A DNA stretch of 64,000 bases, taken from Stramenopiles sp. TOSAG23-6. Lineage: Eukaryota. Positions within the stretch are counted from its first letter, which is position 1; every line of letters starts with the position of its first letter. The position numbers were made by a program, and so were the translations under genes. The stretch is taken from NCBI GenBank assembly GCA_900128565.1, contig LT635910.1, forward strand, positions 1 to 64,000, given 5' to 3'. The notes beneath the pieces are model-generated. The model was given only the letters and a program-made list of their open reading frames with translations, ran no database searches and was not told the origin of the DNA. Shown here piece after piece: positions 36,510 through 46,187 of this stretch.

Positions 36510-39458
36510 ATGGCGGCAATTTCATTCATTCATAGAAAATTCACGAAGATGAAAAAGGAAGAGTCGAAAATTGACCATACTCCCGGGTGGTCTCGGTTAA
36601 AGCACGCACACCACGCAAAGCGACATATCAAGAATTTAGTTATCACAAGACCTATTGCAGCAAGAGTTATTCAAAAGACATTTAAAATATATCTTAAAAA
36701 GAAGCAAGGACTTTTGGCACCGGATACAACTAAAACATCAACGTTGACTACAAGTGACGATAAACTTAATATTGCTAGTAGTTCCACTAAAGAAGTAGAT
36801 GATTGTCTAAACACTCCAGACAAAAAAACAGAAAGTAAATCTGTTGCCGGTATACCAACAGAATATCTTGAGAGAATATTCAATAAACTAGATCATGATA
36901 AAGATGGTTTCTTATCAAAGAAGGAAGTAGGCAAGTTTGCAAAAGAGTTCCACGAAAAAATAACTTCATTCTTTGGTGGAAATTCTCTCGCAGCTGGTTT
37001 CGAGGAAATGGATAGAACTAAAAGAGGAAAGGTTTCTTTTGATGATGTCATTTGGTGGCATCGCTTACACCACCCAGAAACTGAAGAAGAAGTTGAATCT
37101 CAAATACATTTTCTCTTTAATGAGATTGACACAAAGGGCACTAAAACTTTAAATAAAGCTGAGGTTGGCAAGTTGGCTGCAAAGATGGGAGACCGACTGA
37201 AAGGATTTTTCGGATTTAGCCACAAGAAGTTAGATTTAGCATTTGTTCAAATGTCACAAATTGGAAGTTCGGTTGTAACATTTGAAGAATTTTTAGCATG
37301 GCACAAATTCAAACATCCTAAGTTGTATAAAAAGTTAGCTTCGCATAATAAAGATATACAAGAAAGCCATGATAAAGATCAAACTAATACACAGACACAT
37401 ACATTAGTTACAGGCGATCTTCCACCACAGGATGTTGTGATGAAAACGCGGACATCAATTGTAGGTAAAACATCATTTCATCCCCCCAAGACTATGAATG
37501 AAATAATATTAAAAACAAAAATTCTCTTTGATGAGGTGGATAAAAAAAAATGTGGAAGACTAACTATAAGTCAAATGAATGATCTGGCTAAAAAACTTGG
37601 ATATCATCTAGAAAGATATTTTGGTTTTTCTAAGAAGAAGCTTCTAGCAGCATTCGCCGATATGTCACTAGAAGGATCTAGTACAGTTACTTTTGAGGAA
37701 TTTATACTTTGGCACAAAATGTATCACCCAGAAGTATATGCTGAGGTTCCAGATTTACATGGTACAAAACGCATTACTGGTATCAATAGTTTGATGTCGA
37801 AATGCTCCGTAGCAGGTATACCAACGGAGCATTTTCGATTGATTTTTACTGAACTTGACACAGACAATGATGGTTTACTTTCCGAAAAGGAAGTCGGCAA
37901 GTTTGCAAAAGAGTTCCACGAAAAAATAACTTCATTCTTTGGTGGAAATTCTCTTAAAGATGGCTTCAGAGAAATGGATAGAAAACAAATGGGTCGTGTT
38001 TCGTTTAATGATTTAATTTCATGGCATCGAAAGCATCACCCAGAAACAGAAGATGAAATTACTTCACAAGTACAGTTTCTTTTTAACCACGTTGACCAAG
38101 AGAAATCTGGATTTCTGAATAAAAAAGAAGTAGGAAAACTTGCTTCTAAAATGGGTTATCGATTGAAAGGATTCTTTGGAATAAACCATCAAAAATTAGA
38201 CATTGCATTTTCAGAAATGGTAAAACCTGGAGAATCACGTGTCACATTTGATCAGTTTATAAAATGGCATAAAATACACCACCCTGAAGTTTATCGAATG
38301 GTTAAAAAACATATACCAGTCAATTTAAAGGCTCGTCAATGTGAAGAAGATAGACCAATAAAAAAATCATGTGAAGAAGATAGACCAATAAAAACATCGT
38401 GTGAAGAAGATAGACCAATAAAAACATCCACTACAGCCAATGTCAAAGTAGACGTAGACACATGGACTGCAACAACTTGTGCACATCTTGAAGATGCACT
38501 ATCAGCCAATACATCAAGGAAACACATTCATCATGATGTGAATACGCTGCTCAACGATCTCCCAGCTGATTTGAGTGCAAGCCTTCAAGTTGCCATGTCT
38601 ATGAAAAATAAAGCAATTAGTAGGTTGAACGTAGAAATGGAAAATAAAGAGATTCTTTCAGGAGCACTGAAGTATTTGCGCAAAAATAATCTTATTCCCC
38701 CAAAGAGTTCTCATATTACTGCCGACACTTCAAAAGGAGAATTTCCAGAGTTACCAGGAGTACACTCAATTTTTACCATAGCCCTGAGGAAAATACATGA
38801 CTGTTTGTCATCAGTATCTGTACTTTCTGAGCTTTCTGATTGTGATACCGAAAATACTGGTTTACTTGATACGTCTACTGTTTTCCAAAAGCTTGACAAG
38901 CATTTGAGATTTCCTCCTCTTGAAAAAGCAGCCGTATTCCTATTGATAGATCCTAATGGTGAGGGCAAAGTTCCATATAAAGATTTACCAAATATAATAC
39001 CTCAAATCCCAAAGCCTGTGAAATGTAGTTCCTCCAATGAATATTTGCATGTAAATAAGAAAGTAGAAAATATAACTTCAAGTTCAGATAATATAGCAGG
39101 TAAAACCCCAATGAAATTATCACCAAAGAACATAGGAAGTGTTTCAGTGACACATGAAAATTTACCAGTGGAAGCCCCACCTAGGGAAATAGAAAATTTG
39201 CCATTAACATTTGAAAGGTTACCATTTAAAAAATCATTGAAATCATCACCTACAAAAATAGGACATGAAAAGTTACGATTGAAAAAATCATTGAAATCAT
39301 CACCTACAAAAATAGAGGATTTGCCATTAACATTTGAAAAGTTACCGTTGAAAAAATCATTGAAATCATCACCTACAAAAATAGAAGATTTATCAGTGGA
39401 ACTTGAAAAGTTAAAGAAAAATTTGCAAGTAAAATTGAAAGCGTTTCTTAGCGAATAA
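36510..39458 (+). CDS. Multi-EF-hand protein with IQ-like motif and internal duplications
   Basis: AARVIQKTFK; repeated EF pairs (DHDKDGFLSKKE, DTDNDGLLSEKE); KFAKEFHEKITSFFGGNSL occurs twice. Confidence 0.88.
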   Translation: MAAISFIHRKFTKMKKEESKIDHTPGWSRLKHAHHAKRHIKNLVITRPIAARVIQKTFKIYLKKKQGLLAPDTTKTSTLTTSDDKLNIASSSTKEVDDCLNTPDKKTESKSVAGIPTEYLERIFNKLDHDKDGFLSKKEVGKFAKEFHEKITSFFGGNSLAAGFEEMDRTKRGKVSFDDVIWWHRLHHPETEEEVESQIHFLFNEIDTKGTKTLNKAEVGKLAAKMGDRLKGFFGFSHKKLDLAFVQMSQIGSSVVTFEEFLAWHKFKHPKLYKKLASHNKDIQESHDKDQTNTQTHTLVTGDLPPQDVVMKTRTSIVGKTSFHPPKTMNEIILKTKILFDEVDKKKCGRLTISQMNDLAKKLGYHLERYFGFSKKKLLAAFADMSLEGSSTVTFEEFILWHKMYHPEVYAEVPDLHGTKRITGINSLMSKCSVAGIPTEHFRLIFTELDTDNDGLLSEKEVGKFAKEFHEKITSFFGGNSLKDGFREMDRKQMGRVSFNDLISWHRKHHPETEDEITSQVQFLFNHVDQEKSGFLNKKEVGKLASKMGYRLKGFFGINHQKLDIAFSEMVKPGESRVTFDQFIKWHKIHHPEVYRMVKKHIPVNLKARQCEEDRPIKKSCEEDRPIKTSCEEDRPIKTSTTANVKVDVDTWTATTCAHLEDALSANTSRKHIHHDVNTLLNDLPADLSASLQVAMSMKNKAISRLNVEMENKEILSGALKYLRKNNLIPPKSSHITADTSKGEFPELPGVHSIFTIALRKIHDCLSSVSVLSELSDCDTENTGLLDTSTVFQKLDKHLRFPPLEKAAVFLLIDPNGEGKVPYKDLPNIIPQIPKPVKCSSSNEYLHVNKKVENITSSSDNIAGKTPMKLSPKNIGSVSVTHENLPVEAPPREIENLPLTFERLPFKKSLKSSPTKIGHEKLRLKKSLKSSPTKIEDLPLTFEKLPLKKSLKSSPTKIEDLSVELEKLKKNLQVKLKAFLSE
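38340..38426 (+). repeat. Coding tandem repeat, 30 bp x3
   Basis: tgtgaagaagatagaccaataaaaa.atc. repeated (CEEDRPIK). Confidence 0.9.
39187..39395 (+). repeat. Coding repeat, three copies of KKSLKSSPTKI
   Basis: aaaaaatcattgaaatcatcacctacaaaaatag x3. Confidence 0.9.
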
Positions 39459-39720
39459 AACATTTGAAAAAAAATAAAAGTAACAATAACACAATATATA
39501 TGAGGAGAAAAAACAGTTCTCAAAAGTATTTTTATGTTTTTATTTATGTACAAAAAAATGTAGGAAACTACGTACCTAAATGACGTTAGTCAATGGTTCT
39601 GTATATTGTTTCATATTGTTTCATTCTAATAAAAATACACGATCAAACACTATAAACAATGTTTTTTACGTCATCTATCAGTCAATGTAAAGGCAACTCG
39701 AAATATAAATAATGAAAATA

Positions 39721-40917
39721 TTATATTCCATACTTAATGTCCATTAATGTTTGCAATATTACAATGAAGAGAATCATCAGACCGCCACTGCCTCCAAGAT
39801 GCAAAGCTTTAAAACCAAATCCAGGATAAACTCCAAGAATTCCTGATTTAGATACTAAATCACCAAAGACTTTGAAATGTGAAGCAAAATGTTGAACAAA
39901 TTTACCACCACATGATTTAGATTCATCCGATTCTGAAGGTTCTTCGCGTATCATTTGACGTTGAACAACAGAACGAACAACATCAGGTGGAGTATTAAAA
40001 ACTGTTGCAAAGGAACCCGCAATGAAAGCAGAAATAAATTTAGCCAAGAAATAGAAGATTACGTGAGTTGCACCCATTAATCCAAACCATTGATTAAAAG
40101 GTTTACGGAAAAATCCAATCATCATGAAAAAGAGACCGGTCCAGATACCATTTCTCAACTGCATACCAAACCATCCAGAGTAAACACCAGCAAAACCATG
40201 TGTTTTGTACATGTGCTTTAACGCAGCAAAAACACTGTTTTTAAACTTATTTTCAGAGTCAATTTGAAGTGCAATTTTTGCAACTTCAAGTGGAGTTACA
40301 ATAAATATTTCAGGAAAAGTAGCCAACATACCGATTGGTCCTTTGATGTAGAAAGGAGTTGTAGCCATAGTTGTTCCGTTAATGTGTTTACAAAACAAAC
40401 CGAAAAAGAAAAATTTGGAGGCTCTCATCAAACTGGATTTAATAATCTCAGCAAGGGCTCCTTGCTTAACAAGACCTTTAAGTCCGTGTGTTTTAATGAA
40501 ATCTTTGATAGACATTGGGTTTTCCTGTCCAGCAGAAGCCATTTTCAGCGCTCTTATGACGTCAACAGGGTACATGAATAAAGCAGTCAACGCAGCTGCA
40601 ATACAAAGCATTAAGATGCGCCAAAGCTCAGAATCTCGTTTCTGATTTTTTGAAGGTTCATTTGGACTTGGTGCATTATGAAGTGATGTTCCTACGAGTG
40701 CGTATGGAAGAATCAATATGCTCAGCAGTAAGACACCAAGACACCCACCCACAAAATACTTTAACAAGGTTTTTCTGGATTCGTCAGCTTTTTCTTCTTC
40801 GGATTTTCCGACTTGAGAATTTCCACTGGTCTTTTTGATTGCAGTAAAGTTACTGGAGCTTGATATCTCATCCTTTTGAGATTCAATGTCTTGTTTGTTT
40901 AAGAGTTCTTGTTTCAT
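39721..40917 (-). CDS. Mitochondrial carrier (SLC25) with N-terminal extension
   Basis: Three PxD/ExxR/K signatures: PVDVIR, PLEVAK, PPDVVR. Confidence 0.9.
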   Translation of the reverse strand: MKQELLNKQDIESQKDEISSSSNFTAIKKTSGNSQVGKSEEEKADESRKTLLKYFVGGCLGVLLLSILILPYALVGTSLHNAPSPNEPSKNQKRDSELWRILMLCIAAALTALFMYPVDVIRALKMASAGQENPMSIKDFIKTHGLKGLVKQGALAEIIKSSLMRASKFFFFGLFCKHINGTTMATTPFYIKGPIGMLATFPEIFIVTPLEVAKIALQIDSENKFKNSVFAALKHMYKTHGFAGVYSGWFGMQLRNGIWTGLFFMMIGFFRKPFNQWFGLMGATHVIFYFLAKFISAFIAGSFATVFNTPPDVVRSVVQRQMIREEPSESDESKSCGGKFVQHFASHFKVFGDLVSKSGILGVYPGFGFKALHLGGSGGLMILFIVILQTLMDIKYGI

Positions 40918-41244
40918 TTTGGAAGAAATTAGACCGTTGTAGTGTGCTACAGATGTGTTCGAAGTGCGTTCGAAGTTGTCCCGACCTCTTCACTTGAAAC
41001 TACTCGATGCACACTGACTTTATTCTGGAGAAAAACGCATTTTCGTACTTAAAAATCCGTACCAAAAAAGTGGAGAATTCAAAATTTCAAACACGTGTTA
41101 CATTGATGATGTCTGTGAGTCTGTCACGTCGACTGGTCACTCGCACTGGCCAAGTGATCCAGATCCACTGCTGGCCAACGAAAATTGGAAGGTTGATGAA
41201 AAAAAGTTATCTCAAGATTATACAATAAGTGCAACAATCCCAAT

Positions 41245-42881
41245 ATGTTTCCTGTACATACATGTAGACGCTTCTTTTCTTCACCAGCTGTCCGTGAAAG
41301 GAGCGTTGATTTTGGCGATATTGTACGTGCAAGTTCATACTTTCGCGAACAAGCTTTCATTGGTGGTACATGGGTTGATAGTACTTCGGGTAACAGCTTT
41401 GATGTAGTCGACCCTGCTTCTGATGAATATATCGGAAGTGTACCGGATATGAATGCTAATGATACTGATATTGCCATTCGTGCTGCTGAACATGCTCTAC
41501 CCTCCTGGTCTAGAAAACTTGCGAAAGAACGTTCTGCAATTCTTGAAAAGTGGCATGATCTTATGCTACAAAACAAGGATGAGCTGGCTCAGATTATGAC
41601 ACTGGAATCTGGTAAACCCCTTGCTGAATCCATTGGTGAAGTTGTTTATGGTGCATCTTTTATAAAATGGTTTGCGGAGGAAGCAAAAAGAGCTTATGGT
41701 GATATCATACCTGAACCTTTATCTGGTCGAAAACTATTGACAGTGAAAGAACCAGTGGGAGTATGTGCTTTTGTGACACCATGGAACTTTCCTATTGCAA
41801 TGATCACACGAAAAGCTGCCCCAGCACTTGCTGCTGGATGTGCCTTTGTTGTAAAACCCTCAGAGGAGACCCCTTTTAGTGCTTTAGCTTGTGCAGCAAT
41901 TGCAGAGGAAGCAGGTTTGCCCCCTGGATTATTTAATATAGTAACATCATCGAGAAAAAATACACCTGAAGTAGGTGAAGTTCTTACAAATAGTAAAATA
42001 GTGAAAAAATTTTCATTTACTGGTTCAACAAAAACAGGAAAAATATTGGCTAAGCAATGTGCTAATACTGTTAAACGCGTATCCTTGGAGTTAGGTGGAA
42101 ATGCACCATTTATAGTATTTGATGATGCTGATATAGATGCAGCTATTCAAGGCGTTATGTACGTTTTCATCATGAATTTGAATCTTTTTTTTTTTTCGTA
42201 CTACATTTCGTACCTAACAATTTTTTTTTTACTAAAACGAAAAATATTTTTTCACCGCACATGGATTCTAAATTTAGAAATACTGGACAAACTTGTGTTT
42301 GTGCCAATCGTATTTATGTACATGATACTATATATGATGAATTTGCTGATTTGTTAACTCAAAAAGTAAAGTCTATGCCTGTGGGTCATGGTGCTGTTAA
42401 GGGTGTATTATCAGGGCCTTTGATCAATAAGAGTGCTTTAGAAAAAGTTGAGGATCATGTAAGTAATGCTGTAAAGTTAGGTGCAAAAGTCTTAACTGGA
42501 GGTGATAAACATATTGCTGGTGATAACTTTTATATCCCTACTGTTCTCTCTGAAGTAAATCAAAATATGAAAATAGCAAATGAAGAAACATTTGGTCCTG
42601 TAGCTCCATTATTTCGCTTTTCTAATGAAGAAGAAGTTATAACTGCAGCTAATAATGTTGATTCTGGACTTGCAGCATATTTATATTCAAGAGATATTGG
42701 ACGAGTTTTTCGAGTTTCTCAAGCTTTAGAATATGGAATGGTTGGTGCAAATGCTGGTGTTATATCATCTGAAGTTGCTCCATTTGGAGGAGTGAAAGAA
42801 AGTGGTTTAGGTAGAGAAGGTGGAAACATTGGTATGGATGAATTTATGGAAGTGAAATATATTTGTTTAGGTGGGTTATAA
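41245..42881 (+). CDS. ALDH5A1: Succinate-semialdehyde dehydrogenase; exons 41245-42158, 42263-42881; 510 aa
   Basis: TPWNFPIAMITRK, FTGST, LELGGNAP, SKFRNTGQTCVCANR, EETFGP, PFGGVKESG. Confidence 0.95.
42159..42262 (+). other. Intron GT-AT, 104 nt, phase 2
   Basis: gtt at|GTACGTTTT...TACCTAAC...TTTTTCAC CGCACAT|g gat tct restores QGVMDSKFRNTGQ. There is no AG inside the intron. Confidence 0.9.
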
Positions 42882-43320
42882 TTATTGTAAGAATGAAATC
42901 TGATTTGACAAAATTATTGATTTCTTGGTATAAGAAAAAAAATTAAAAGATCTCACCAAATAATATATTTTATAGTACAGTTTTTATAGCCATCAAAAAT
43001 AGTCAATTTATGGGGAAATTTCGCAATCTTCTCCAAACTAATTTGGTTCTTCAAAGTATTTCCGGCAATTTTATCAAAAGGCTAAAAACTCAAAAAAAAT
43101 GTATTTTCTTTCAAATTGAGCGAGGCAGGCAAAAATTTATTCGCTTCAAGCAGGTTTGCGTGATCATGATTCTGTTGGGTCAAAACGTCGTGTGTCACGT
43201 CTGTCTAAAGTTGCAATACAGTATTTTTTTTTACTATTTCCTACTATAGTCCTGTAGTCGCGACTCAGACAGTCCTCTGTTTCTTCATAGCCTACGTATT
43301 CAATATTAATCCTAAAGATC

Positions 43321-43947
43321 ATGAAAGTATCTAATAAAGCATACAAAAAGTTAATATTACATTCATGCAAACATCCTTCAAAGTCAGTGGATGGTCTTCT
43401 CCTTGGTAAGTTAGTTGATGGTGGTAAGTCTATCGAAGTCGTAGATGCGGTACCCTTGTTTCACAAAAAAACTTTGGCACCAACATTAGAATTTGTTACG
43501 GCTGTAGTTGCGGAGTATGCGACCAAGATGAATCTCGTAATTGTTGGCTATTATATTGCAAATGAGTTGAGTTCAAATCGTGAACTTCCAGGTTTAGCTA
43601 GATCTATTGGTGATACAATTCAAGCAAAGTGTCCGTCCGCTGTGCTTTTTCTCGTCGACGCAGACTTCATTGGTAACACTGAGCGACATGCAATTCGTGT
43701 TTTCAGACGTTCAGCGTCCAATAGAAATGATGAGTGGAAAGAAGTAAAAAGTGATACTGCAGCATCACCTATTTTGGATAATAATGTGTTGACTGACGTG
43801 TCAGAGCTTTTATCAAGTGAAACTGATGGAAACGGCGAACCTTTATGGTTTACGAAGCTTAGTGACTGGGACGATCATTTGGAAAATTTGTCATTAGATT
43901 GGCGTTGTCCTGAATTATCAGATGATGGTGAAGTCATTGACTTTTAA
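43321..43947 (+). CDS. EMC8: ER membrane complex subunit 8/9 (MPN-like)
   Basis: AYKKLILHSCKHP...VDGLLLG, DAVPLFH, GYYIANE, DWDDHLENLSLDW. Confidence 0.9.
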   Translation: MKVSNKAYKKLILHSCKHPSKSVDGLLLGKLVDGGKSIEVVDAVPLFHKKTLAPTLEFVTAVVAEYATKMNLVIVGYYIANELSSNRELPGLARSIGDTIQAKCPSAVLFLVDADFIGNTERHAIRVFRRSASNRNDEWKEVKSDTAASPILDNNVLTDVSELLSSETDGNGEPLWFTKLSDWDDHLENLSLDWRCPELSDDGEVIDF

Positions 43948-44012
43948 ATAAAATTAAGTTTTGAATAATGGATAAATTGTTTCAGTTATTTATAAATCTT
44001 TATAACAAAAAA

Positions 44013-45485
44013 TTATCCCTTGTGACGGCGTGAACGTTTTCTCTTCCCTTTCTTTTTCTTAACAGCTTGAAGAAGATCAACAGATGCATCAGAATCAGAA
44101 TCCATTAATTTTTGAGTATTTGATGAAGTCTTCGATGACGTTTGCTCAGGACCTGTCAAAGACGTAGAACTGATTGATACACTATTTTCGTTAGGTAGGA
44201 ATTTTACGGATTTATCTGTACTATTTTCATTTGGATGTTTTCGTATTGATTCTACTACATGATTCTCAGGATTTTCTTCGTTATTTGTCATTGTATTATC
44301 ATATATGGTACTATTTGCATGAATACTTTCGTCTATTTGTTTTTTTTGAGAATTTACCTCCGAGTCAATTTCAGTCCATCGACTTTTCAACTCTTCCGCA
44401 CCAATTTTCGGCTTTGCCATAATTAATACGTCATCTTTTTTCAAATGACTGTCATCATTTGACTGCGCTGTGGTTGATGGTGTTGTTTTTGCGTTTAATT
44501 CAGGAAATTGATTTTGAATAGCAGAAAGTAAATGTGAGGTTGGCATTTTTGTCATCGATTGTGGACGAAAAGCTAGTCTCCTTTCACTTGCACGTCTTTC
44601 ACCATCCTCAAGAGCACTACGAAGTTGCTTAGTTACATGTAACGCCTTTTCGGCAGCTACATGTGCACAACGTAGTAATTGTTCTATCGTAAGTGCACAG
44701 CCACCAGCTTTTCGCACGGCACAAAGTTCTCTGTGTGAATTTAGAGAGAAGGTTACACAACCGTCCATCAGTAACTCCTCACGTGCCGATGGATCAACAA
44801 TAATCACTTGATTGTGATTATTTGCTGTTTCATCAGAAGACACTTCTGTAGATATACCATCACCAAATGCAGCAAATGTAATACATATAGGTAAATGATG
44901 TATACTCAAGGGAACAGGCATACGTTCCAAGTATGAGTGAACTGTAGCGATACCATTTTCAACTGTCACAAAAGGCTTACGGAAGTGCATGAGTGCAGCA
45001 ATAACAGCAAGTGCACAAGTATCAACTATATTTCCCATTGCATCTAAAATGTGAATATCTATTCGTATTGACCAAACACGCTCTCCTGCCACAACACATA
45101 ACGCTTCAAGGTCTATTGCATTTCCATCTTTTAGTGCACGTTCAAGAAGAGAACGAATAGTAGTTGCTTCAGGACCCGGGCGACCAGAACTGTCAAATGC
45201 AGGACTCGCCATAGGTGACATTTCAACATTTATGGAAAGAAAACCTTCCGTAGGTTTTCCTGATTGGGGTGTAACAAGTTCTGAAGTAGCGACAGCAAGT
45301 ACCCGTGTTTGTCCGATTTGTACCTCAGCACGAGATTCGGCGTGGTCTCTGCCGAAACATATGCGAATATTTCTCATTTCCATGAGATGTCGACCATCCG
45401 TGCGAAGCCCTTCGTGTAATGAACTAATAGTAAAAGCTTTCTCACACGCTGGCATGAGTTCTGAAATATCAGCATGCTTAGCCAT
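44013..45485 (-). CDS. RRP45: Exosome RNase PH-like subunit RRP45/EXOSC9
   Basis: RTDGR, IDLEALCVVAGERVWSIRIDIH, PVPLSIHHLPICITF. Confidence 0.92.
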   Translation of the reverse strand: MAKHADISELMPACEKAFTISSLHEGLRTDGRHLMEMRNIRICFGRDHAESRAEVQIGQTRVLAVATSELVTPQSGKPTEGFLSINVEMSPMASPAFDSSGRPGPEATTIRSLLERALKDGNAIDLEALCVVAGERVWSIRIDIHILDAMGNIVDTCALAVIAALMHFRKPFVTVENGIATVHSYLERMPVPLSIHHLPICITFAAFGDGISTEVSSDETANNHNQVIIVDPSAREELLMDGCVTFSLNSHRELCAVRKAGGCALTIEQLLRCAHVAAEKALHVTKQLRSALEDGERRASERRLAFRPQSMTKMPTSHLLSAIQNQFPELNAKTTPSTTAQSNDDSHLKKDDVLIMAKPKIGAEELKSRWTEIDSEVNSQKKQIDESIHANSTIYDNTMTNNEENPENHVVESIRKHPNENSTDKSVKFLPNENSVSISSTSLTGPEQTSSKTSSNTQKLMDSDSDASVDLLQAVKKKKGKRKRSRRHKG

Positions 45486-45631
45486 GGTGTAAATTGCAAC
45501 TACAGATGTACGGCGTAGTGTACAATGGTACGTATGAAATACGAATAGTATGGATTGAACCGACTCTTATTACACGAAATCTCAATCGCGTTTGCAATTG
45601 GAATTGCCATTTTCGATTTTGAGTCTGCACA

Positions 45632-46187
45632 CTCAAGGCCTATAATCAATGTATTTCGTGATTTTTACGTCAAAATGGCCGAAAAACACATTTCTAGTGG
45701 ATTGAAGTGTGAATTTGCAATTGGAGAGTGATGGGGGCCTGGCCCCCACCTCGTACATGCATCAAACTCGAACTTTGTTCAAATATTTCATGGTGATTGA
45801 GGGGAAACTAGTTGTAATTTCTGGCGTGAATCTTTGAAGAAGTATTGTCAAAAAATATTTAAATTATTTTGTTAGGTACAACATTTACTACGAAAAAAAA
45901 TCTCGATCCGAAATCTCCGAATTTCAGAATTTGAGGCGGTATCGTTGATTACTTGCCCTTATACGCATTGTAACATTGTAAGGCTATATTTCAGGTGGTT
46001 GAATATGTCCAGTGATGCCATGAACCAATTGTGTTACCTTTATTAAAGAATTAAAGTACTATATGCAGTGTAGATTATGCACTATTTGACTACTATTGAA
46101 ATTTCGATTTTGGTACGGTTAGGTACAAAAAATGAAAAAAAATAAAAAACACGAAATGAGGCGGTATCGCTGATTATAGGCCTTGAG
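45632..46187. mobile_element. Putative non-autonomous element with 17-bp terminal inverted repeats
   Basis: CTCAAGGCCTATAATCA at 45632-45648 and TGATTATAGGCCTTGAG at 46171-46187, with subterminal ATTTCGTG/CACGAAAT. Non-coding. Confidence 0.6.

Noticed and set aside
38340-39395. CRISPR-like or mobile interpretation of the short repeats
   Set aside because: They are in-frame coding repeats in a eukaryotic gene with no cas genes or regular unique spacers.
42157-42260. Reading the SSADH and 2502 introns as U12-type AT-AC by sliding 2 nt
   Set aside because: Junction repeats allow it for these two only. They lack the ATATCC 5' consensus, and introns such as 26149-26323 and 24176-24283 cannot be read AT-AC.
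42159-42357. Treating split ORFs (SSADH, ATM, BAR-SH3) as pseudogenes or programmed frameshifts
   Set aside because: The breaks coincide with T-rich inserts carrying GTAY donors, and the flanking catalytic motifs are intact.
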